Source: Deltaproteobacteria bacterium | GTDB lineage: Bacteria > Myxococcota > JACRCW01 | Length of the DNA: 64,000 nt | Direction of reading: 5' to 3' | Assembly: GCA_016218805.1 (NCBI GenBank) | Contig: JACRCW010000065.1 | Span: 94,040 to 158,039, forward strand | Translations under genes and position numbers: made by a program | Notes under the pieces: generated by a model | Seen by the model: the letters and a program-made list of their open reading frames with translations, nothing else | Database searches by the model: none | What the model was told of the DNA's origin: nothing | In this document: one piece after another, positions 58,252 through 64,000 of the stretch | Position numbering within the stretch: position 1 is the stretch's first letter | Layout of the letters: every line of letters begins with the position of its first letter

Positions 58252-60711
58252 ATGAACGACACACCGGTTCCCCAGCATGCCCGCGCCGTCGTCATCGGCG
58301 GTGGCATCATCGGTTGTTCGGTGGCGTACCACCTGGCGGAGTTGGGCTGGAAGGACGTGGTGTTGCTGGAGCGGGACCGCCTGACGTGCGGCACCACCTG
58401 GCACGCCGCCGGCCTGATGGTCACCTTTGGCTCCACGTCCCAGACCTCCACGGAGATGCGCAAGTACACGCGGGATCTCTACGTGCGGCTGGAGAAGGAG
58501 ACCGGGTTGTCGTCGGGCTTCCGGCCCGTCGGGTTCATCCAGATCGCCACGGACGCGGACCGCCTGGAGGAATACCGGCGCGTCACCGCGTTCAACCGGC
58601 ACATGGGCGTGGACGTCCAGGAACTGTCCGCTTCTGAAGTGAAGCGCCTGTGGCCGGAGGCGCGCACGGATGACGTGCTGGCCGGGTTCTACGTCAAGGA
58701 AGACGGGCGCGTGAACCCGGTGGACGCCACCATGGTCGTGGCCAAGGGCGCGCGGCTGCGCGGGGTGAACATCCTGGAGGGCACCCCGGTCACCGGCATC
58801 CTGCGCAAGCAGGGCCGCGTCACCGGCGTGCGCACGCCCCGCGGTGACATCACCGCGGAATACGTCATCAACTGCGCTGGCATGTGGGGCCGCCAGCTGG
58901 GTGAACTGGCCGGCGTGAGCCTCCCGCTGCAGGCCACGGAGCACTACTACCTCATCACCGAGAAGATCCCGGGGCTGGACCCGTCCCGGCCCGTCATTGA
59001 GGACCCGGGGAATTACGCCTATTTCCGCGAAGAGGTCGGCGGGTTGATGATTGGCCTGTTTGAGCCGCTGGCCGCCACGTGGAAGCTGGAGGGGATTCCG
59101 CAGGATTTCTCGTTTGGTGAACTGCCGCCTGACTGGGACCGCATGGGCCCGTGGGTGGAAGCGGCCATGAAGCGCATTCCCGTCTCCACGGAGGCGGGCA
59201 TCCGCAAGTTCTTCTGCGGCCCGGAGAGCTTCACGCCGGACCTCAAGCCGCTCGTCGGCGAGTCCCCGGAGCTGCGCAACTTCTTCAACGCCGTGGGCCT
59301 CAACTCCATTGGCATCCTCACCGGCGGCGGCCTGGGCCGCGTGCTGGCCCACTGGATCAGCACCGGGCGCCCGGATGTGGACGTCACCGCGTTCAACGTG
59401 GACCGCTTCCATCCCTACCAGGCCAACCCCGCCTACCGGCGTGACCGCACGCCGGAAATGCTGGGAATGGTCTACAAGTGCCACTACCCGGGCCTGGTGC
59501 TGCAGACCGCCCGCGCCGCCAAGCGCTCACCCCTGCATGACCGCCTGGTGCAGGCCGGCGCGTACTTCAAGGACGTCTGCGGCTGGGAGTCGCCGGACTG
59601 GTACGCCCCGCCGGGCCATGCGCCAAAGATTGAGAAGCTGTCCTGGGGCCGCCAGAACTGGTTCCCCTGGTGGGAGGCGGAGCACCGCGCCGCGCGTGAC
59701 GGCGTCATCGTCATGGACATGTCGTTCATGGGCAAGTTCCTGGTGCAGGGGCGGGACGCCGGCAAATGCCTGGATTTCATCTCCGCCAATTCCGTGAATT
59801 CCGCGGATGGCCTCATCACCTACACGCAGTGGCTCAATGAGGACGGCGGCGTGGAGGCGGACCTTACCGTCACGCGCCTGGCGGAGGACCGCTTCCTGGT
59901 GGTCACCTCGGACACCACGCACCGCCACGTGGAGACCTGGCTGCGCCGCCGCATCCCGGAGGACGCGCACGCGTTTGTCACGGACGTGACCGGCGCGTAC
60001 GCGCAGCTCAACGTGCAGGGACCCCACTCACGTGCCTTGCTGCAGACGCTCACCCGCGCGGACCTGTCCAACGCGGCATTCCCCTACCGCGCCGCGCGGG
60101 AGATTGACCTGGGGTACGCGCGCGTCCTGCTGGTGCGCATCACGTACCTGGGCGAGCTGGGCTACGAGCTGTACATCCCCGCCGAACAGGCCGTGCACGT
60201 GTACGACCTCGTCGTGGAGGCGGGCCAGGCGTTGGGCCTGCGGCATGCCGGGCTCAAGGCGCTGGGCAGCCTGCGCATGGAAAAGGGCTACCGGGACTAC
60301 GGCCACGACATCGACAACACCGACAGCGTGCTGCAGGTGGGCCTTGGCTTTGCGGTGGATCTCAAGAAGCCCGGCGGGTTCATTGGCCGGGACGCCGTGG
60401 TGCGGGAGAAGGAGCGCGGTGCGCCCACGCGGCGGCTGGTGCAGGTGCAGGTGCAGGACCCCGCCGCCATGCTGTTCCACGCGGAGATCGTCAGCCGCAA
60501 TGGCCGCGAAATCGGTTACGTGCGGTCCGCCTCGTGGGGTTTCACGCTGGGCGGCGCCGTGGGCCTGGTCATGTTGGAGGCCGGTGAGCCGGTGAACCAG
60601 GCGTTCCTCGACGCCGGCACCTGGGAGGTCAACATCGCCGGGCGGCGCTACCCCGCGTCGGTGTCGCTGCGCCCGCTGTATGACCCGGACATGAAGCGCG
60701 TGAAGGCGTGA
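58252..60711 (+). CDS. FAD-dependent oxidoreductase fused to aminomethyltransferase (GcvT-like) domain: dimethylglycine/sarcosine dehydrogenase family
   Basis: FAD motif 'AVVIGGGIIGCSVAYHL'. C-terminal GcvT-type folate-binding domain. 819 aa. Confidence 0.8.
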   Translation: MNDTPVPQHARAVVIGGGIIGCSVAYHLAELGWKDVVLLERDRLTCGTTWHAAGLMVTFGSTSQTSTEMRKYTRDLYVRLEKETGLSSGFRPVGFIQIATDADRLEEYRRVTAFNRHMGVDVQELSASEVKRLWPEARTDDVLAGFYVKEDGRVNPVDATMVVAKGARLRGVNILEGTPVTGILRKQGRVTGVRTPRGDITAEYVINCAGMWGRQLGELAGVSLPLQATEHYYLITEKIPGLDPSRPVIEDPGNYAYFREEVGGLMIGLFEPLAATWKLEGIPQDFSFGELPPDWDRMGPWVEAAMKRIPVSTEAGIRKFFCGPESFTPDLKPLVGESPELRNFFNAVGLNSIGILTGGGLGRVLAHWISTGRPDVDVTAFNVDRFHPYQANPAYRRDRTPEMLGMVYKCHYPGLVLQTARAAKRSPLHDRLVQAGAYFKDVCGWESPDWYAPPGHAPKIEKLSWGRQNWFPWWEAEHRAARDGVIVMDMSFMGKFLVQGRDAGKCLDFISANSVNSADGLITYTQWLNEDGGVEADLTVTRLAEDRFLVVTSDTTHRHVETWLRRRIPEDAHAFVTDVTGAYAQLNVQGPHSRALLQTLTRADLSNAAFPYRAAREIDLGYARVLLVRITYLGELGYELYIPAEQAVHVYDLVVEAGQALGLRHAGLKALGSLRMEKGYRDYGHDIDNTDSVLQVGLGFAVDLKKPGGFIGRDAVVREKERGAPTRRLVQVQVQDPAAMLFHAEIVSRNGREIGYVRSASWGFTLGGAVGLVMLEAGEPVNQAFLDAGTWEVNIAGRRYPASVSLRPLYDPDMKRVKA

Positions 60712-60719
60712 GGTGACCC

Positions 60720-61493
60720 ATGCACGTGCTCGCCGCCACCCTGCTGCTGGCCCTGGGCGCGCAGGCGCCCGCCGCCCCGGACGCCGGCGCCGCGCCCACG
60801 CCGGGCGAGGCCCACTTTGAACGGGCCGAACGGATTCTGGAGGACGAGGACAACACCCCCGCCAACATTGACCGCGCGCTCCAGGCGCTGGATGACGCCC
60901 TGGCCGCCGGGCTGACACCCGCGCGCCGGGCGGAGGCTCACGCGGAAAAGGCCATGGCGCTGCTGCGGGCCGGTGACCTGGCGCGGGACAAGGACAAGGC
61001 CCGCGGGCTGGCGCTGTACCAGGCCGGCAAGCGCGAAGCGGACAAGGGCATCGCGGCCGACCCGCAATGCGCCAACGCGCACTTCTACCGCGGCTCCAAC
61101 CTGGGGCGGTGGGCGGAGACCCGGGGGCTGTTCCAATCCATGTTCGCGCTCACGGACATCAAGGCGGCGTTTGCCCGCACGCTGCAGCTGCAACCGCAGC
61201 ACCTGGAGGCGCAGCTGGCCCGCGCCGTCATGGATGACCGGCTGCCCGGATTTGCCGGCGGGGACAGCCAGCGCGCCGAGCGCACCTACCGCGCGCTGCT
61301 GCAGAAGTACCCGCACTACACGCGCGCCATGCTGGACTTTGCGGAGTACCTGGAGAACGACGGCCGCCGCGCCGAGGCGCTCAAGTGGGCCGCCGCCGCA
61401 CGGGATGAGCGGGCGCCGCTGCGCCCCGGGGACTGGCGCCGCTTTGACCGGCCGCGCGCCGAGGACATGCTCCGCACGTGGCAACAACGCTGA
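60720..61493 (+). CDS. secreted TPR-like helical-repeat protein, hypothetical
   Basis: Signal peptide 'MHVLAATLLLALGAQAPAAP'. Helical repeat content. Confidence 0.5.
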   Translation: MHVLAATLLLALGAQAPAAPDAGAAPTPGEAHFERAERILEDEDNTPANIDRALQALDDALAAGLTPARRAEAHAEKAMALLRAGDLARDKDKARGLALYQAGKREADKGIAADPQCANAHFYRGSNLGRWAETRGLFQSMFALTDIKAAFARTLQLQPQHLEAQLARAVMDDRLPGFAGGDSQRAERTYRALLQKYPHYTRAMLDFAEYLENDGRRAEALKWAAAARDERAPLRPGDWRRFDRPRAEDMLRTWQQR

Positions 61494-61777
61494 CCACGGT
61501 GATCTGCGGGCGGGTGCGCGGGCGCGTCCGGGCCCGGGCCGCCGCCGGGCTGGTTGCGCTGGCGGCCTGCGGGGTGGGGTGCGCCCCCGTGGTCCCCCGG
61601 CCCGCCTGTGACGAGATCTCCAACCGCTGCGCCAGCGCCACCACCGACGGTGGGGTGGCGTGCCATCACCTGGGCGCGGATCCGCTGACCGCGGAGCTGC
61701 ACTGTCGCGCCCGGCGCAACGGCTGCCTCAAGGAGTGTGCGGAGAGTGAGGGCGTGGACGCGGGCCACGGACACTGA
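61478..61777 (+). CDS. small Cys-containing lipoprotein, hypothetical
   Basis: Lipobox 'LAACGVGC'. 99 aa. Weak support. Confidence 0.35.
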   Translation: MATTLTTVICGRVRGRVRARAAAGLVALAACGVGCAPVVPRPACDEISNRCASATTDGGVACHHLGADPLTAELHCRARRNGCLKECAESEGVDAGHGH

Positions 61778-61880
61778 CGGCGGGGTCTTTGTTGACGCCT
61801 CGGGAAGGGCCACCCTACAACGCGGGGCAATGGACCGGTCCGGCGGAGTTGCCCGCGGCCGTTCCTGGGAGGCCTCCATC

Positions 61881-63239
61881 ATGCGTCGGCTCTTCGCGTA
61901 CGTCGTGGCCGTGTTCTTCTGCGTGCTTGCCCCGCGCCTGGTCCAGGCCCAGGAGCTCAAGACCATCAACAAGCCCGGGGTCATGCAGGCCAACGTGTCC
62001 TCGGAGGACGAGAACAAGAAGCCCCTCAAGCTCAAGAAGGGCGAGAAGGTCACCGTCATCTACAGCCGTGATGACTGGATGTGGGTGAAGGCCAAGAGCG
62101 GCCGGGGTGGCTGGGTCCTCAAGAAGGAAGTGAAGGTGGAGGACACCGCGGCCGCCGCGCCCGCGGGTGGCGAGGACGCCAAGAAGAAGAAGGAGGAGGA
62201 CGCCGCCGCCAAGAAGGCCGCCGCCGAAGAGGCCAAGAAGAAGAAGGAGGACGCCGCCGCCGCCAAGAAGGCCGCCGCCGAGGAGGCCAAGCGCAAGAAG
62301 GAGGAGGCCGCCGCCGCCAAGAAGGCCGCCGCCGAAGAGGCCAAGCGCAAGAAGGAGGACGCCGCCGCCGCCAAGAAGGCCGCCGCCGAGGAGGCCAAGC
62401 GCAAGAAGGAGGAGGAGGCCGCCGCCAAGAAGGCCGGCACCGAGACGCCCAAGCCCGCCCCCGCCGAGGAACCCGCGAAGGCCGCCCCCGTCGTCGCCAC
62501 GCCCGCCCCGGTCCAGCCCACCCCGGAGCCGGCGCCCATGCCGGCCCCCGAGACCCAGCCCGCCCCGCAGCCGGTGGCCATGGTCCAGCCGGTGGCCCCC
62601 GCCCCCGTGGTCCCCATGGCCCCCGTGGCCGTCCCCGAGTCCGCGCCCGCACCCATGGCGGCCGGCTTCCTCACCGTCATTGCCAGCGAACCCGGCGCCG
62701 CCGTCATCCTGGACGGGCGCCGCGTGGGCGATGCCCCCATCCGCCGCCTCGCCGTGGAGGGCGGCCGCCACCAGGTGGCCGTGATGAAGGATGAGTTCGC
62801 ACCCACCACCCAGGACGTGGAGATCAACGGCAACGAGGCCACCGCCTCGCTCGCACTCGCCCCGTCGCCGGATCTGGTGTCCCGCCACCGCACCAACGTG
62901 TTCATCCGCTGGGGCGCCGGGTTCGGCGTGTTGGCCGTGGGCGCGGGGCTGTCGCTGCTGTCCAGCGCGGTCGGCGTCGGGGGCGCCATGCTGTGGATTG
63001 CCTCCTCCGTGGCCGCCATCAGCGAGAAGACCACGGTGGACTACAAGGATCCGCTGTCCGCTGCCCTAGCGCCCGTGTTGGGCGGCGCGCTGTCCCCGGT
63101 GACCAGCATCGGCGGGGCGGCACTCACCTTTGCCGGGCCCGCGCTGGCCCTGCTGTGCGCGGTGGGCGGCGCGGTGGGCGCGGCGGCGCTGTTCATGACG
63201 GCCGGTGACGTGGGGCGCTACAGCGCCTACCAGGAGTGA
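61881..63239 (+). CDS. secreted/membrane protein: SH3b-like domain, Lys/Ala/Glu tandem repeats, Pro-rich linker, PEGA domain, and C-terminal TM helices
   Basis: Signal peptide. 'KVTVIYSRDDWMWVKAKSGRGGWVLKKEV'. 'AAAAKKAAAEEAKRKKEEA' repeated five times. PEGA 'AAVILDGRRVGDAP'. Gly/Ala-rich TM tail. Confidence 0.6.
   Translation: MRRLFAYVVAVFFCVLAPRLVQAQELKTINKPGVMQANVSSEDENKKPLKLKKGEKVTVIYSRDDWMWVKAKSGRGGWVLKKEVKVEDTAAAAPAGGEDAKKKKEEDAAAKKAAAEEAKKKKEDAAAAKKAAAEEAKRKKEEAAAAKKAAAEEAKRKKEDAAAAKKAAAEEAKRKKEEEAAAKKAGTETPKPAPAEEPAKAAPVVATPAPVQPTPEPAPMPAPETQPAPQPVAMVQPVAPAPVVPMAPVAVPESAPAPMAAGFLTVIASEPGAAVILDGRRVGDAPIRRLAVEGGRHQVAVMKDEFAPTTQDVEINGNEATASLALAPSPDLVSRHRTNVFIRWGAGFGVLAVGAGLSLLSSAVGVGGAMLWIASSVAAISEKTTVDYKDPLSAALAPVLGGALSPVTSIGGAALTFAGPALALLCAVGGAVGAAALFMTAGDVGRYSAYQE
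62160..62430. repeat. about 57-bp in-frame tandem repeat (about 5 copies) encoding AAAAKKAAAEEAKRKKE(E/D)A
   Basis: The unit gccgccgccgccaagaaggccgccgccgaggaggccaagcgcaagaaggaggag recurs almost exactly. Confidence 0.6.
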
Positions 63240-63261
63240 CCCGCCCGGGCGTCCATCCACC

Positions 63262-64000
63262 ATGTTGGTCCTGAACGGCCCCGCGGCCGCCTCCTCGCTG
63301 CCGGCGGGCGGGGCGGTGGCCCTGGGAAACTTTGACGGCGTGCACCGCGGACACCAGGAACTGGTGCGGCGCGCGCGCGCCCACGCCGCGCGCCTGGGCG
63401 GCCCGTCCATCGTGCTCACGTTTGATCCGCATCCCAGCCGCGTACTGGCCCCCGCGCGCGCGCCGCCGTTGATCCTGCCCACCCCCCACCGGCTGGACCT
63501 GCTGGCCGGGCTGGGTGTGGACGCCGTGGTGCTCGTCCCCTTCACCGCCGAGCTTGCCCGCGTGCCCGCGGACGCCTTTGTGCGGGACGTGCTGGCCGGC
63601 GCGCTGCGCGCGGCCGTCGTCGTGGTCGGCTTCAATTTCACCTTTGGCCACGGGCGCGCCGGCACGCCCGCGCTCCTGCACACCCTGGGGGCCGCGCACG
63701 GTTTCACGGTGGACGTGGTGGACGGGGTGCTGGAGGGCGGCGAGCCCATCTCCTCCACCCGCGCGCGCCTGGCCATCCAGCAGGGAGACATGGCGGCTGC
63801 CACCCGCCTGCTGGGGCGCCCGTTCGCGGTGCGCGGCACCGTGGTGCACGGCCACCACCGCGGCCGCACGCTGGGCTTCCCCACCGCCAACCTGGCGGCG
63901 CACGTGGAACTGCTCCCCGCCCTGGGCGTCTACGCCGCGCGCGTGGACGCCGTGGGGGGCGGTCCGCCCGTGGCGCACCCCGCCGTCGTCAACGTCGGCA
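63262..64000 (+). CDS. ribF: bifunctional riboflavin kinase / FMN adenylyltransferase, 5' part (runs past window end)
   Basis: 'ALGNFDGVHRGHQ' nucleotidyl-transferase motif. 'GFNFTFGHGRAG'. 'VHGHHRGRTLGFPTAN' riboflavin-kinase motif. Confidence 0.8.
   Translation, partial: MLVLNGPAAASSLPAGGAVALGNFDGVHRGHQELVRRARAHAARLGGPSIVLTFDPHPSRVLAPARAPPLILPTPHRLDLLAGLGVDAVVLVPFTAELARVPADAFVRDVLAGALRAAVVVVGFNFTFGHGRAGTPALLHTLGAAHGFTVDVVDGVLEGGEPISSTRARLAIQQGDMAAATRLLGRPFAVRGTVVHGHHRGRTLGFPTANLAAHVELLPALGVYAARVDAVGGGPPVAHPAVVNVG

Noticed and set aside
56433-58469. 678-aa minus-strand ORF overlapping the REC-GGDEF gene
   Set aside because: It is antisense to a well-supported GGDEF response regulator. The composition is Arg/Gly/His-rich, typical of GC-rich antisense frames. 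It reads on into the non-cytochrome frame by chance.
63066-63978. Minus-strand ORFs 63066..63890 and 63193..63978
   Set aside because: They overlap the clearly conserved ribF reading frame on the plus strand.
1-64000. Search for CRISPR arrays, tRNA/rRNA genes, IS elements or integrases
   Set aside because: No regularly spaced direct repeats with unique spacers were seen. No clover-leaf-like conserved tRNA boxes were seen. No transposase or integrase motifs (DDE, tyrosine recombinase R..H..Y) appeared in any frame. The only repeats are intragenic and coding.

Overview
Window from a very high-GC (~70%) genome. Three features point to Myxococcales: two large secreted proteins end in a MYXO-CTERM-type tail (GCGC/PCGCR followed by a hydrophobic stretch and RRRR), there are 'myxo' cysteine-rich CDDGN repeats, and there is a fibro-slime/PA14-type domain. 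Gene density is high on both strands. Many ORFs in the six-frame track are antisense artefacts of GC-rich coding DNA.

Recognisable core genes:
- mreB, a type-2 (eukaryote-like) ileS, and acpS.
- A thi cluster (thiS, thiG, thiE) with two paralogous membrane-protein genes inserted between thiG and thiE.
- ridA, aspA, clpP, a Crp/Fnr regulator, and thpR.
- A hybrid histidine kinase and a REC-GGDEF response regulator.
- A dimethylglycine/sarcosine-dehydrogenase-like gene and a 5' partial ribF.

More unusual content:
1. A minus-strand operon encoding a Ser/Thr kinase with an FHA domain, then a 1421-aa tri-domain enzyme, then a translationally coupled (GTGA overlap) ICMT/PEMT-family membrane methyltransferase. 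The tri-domain enzyme fuses an acyl-AMP ligase, a class-III aminotransferase and an aldehyde-forming acyl-ACP-reductase (AAR)-like domain. I read this as a candidate single-polypeptide acid-to-aldehyde-to-amine route, possibly followed by N-methylation, to make long-chain amines.
2. A minus-strand operon of PLP decarboxylase, amidohydrolase-2, M61 peptidase with PDZ domain, ATP-grasp ligase, and a Pro-rich repeat protein.
3. A B12-binding radical SAM gene immediately upstream of clpP.
4. An ECF sigma/anti-sigma pair followed by a 22-codon uORF whose 5' end duplicates the 5' end of the sigma gene, then a 514-aa Cys-repeat lipoprotein.
5. A small c-type cytochrome whose ATG start and signal peptide are reachable only by removing one A from an AAA run (a +1 frameshift or a sequencing error).

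No rRNA, tRNA, CRISPR array or obvious IS element was found.
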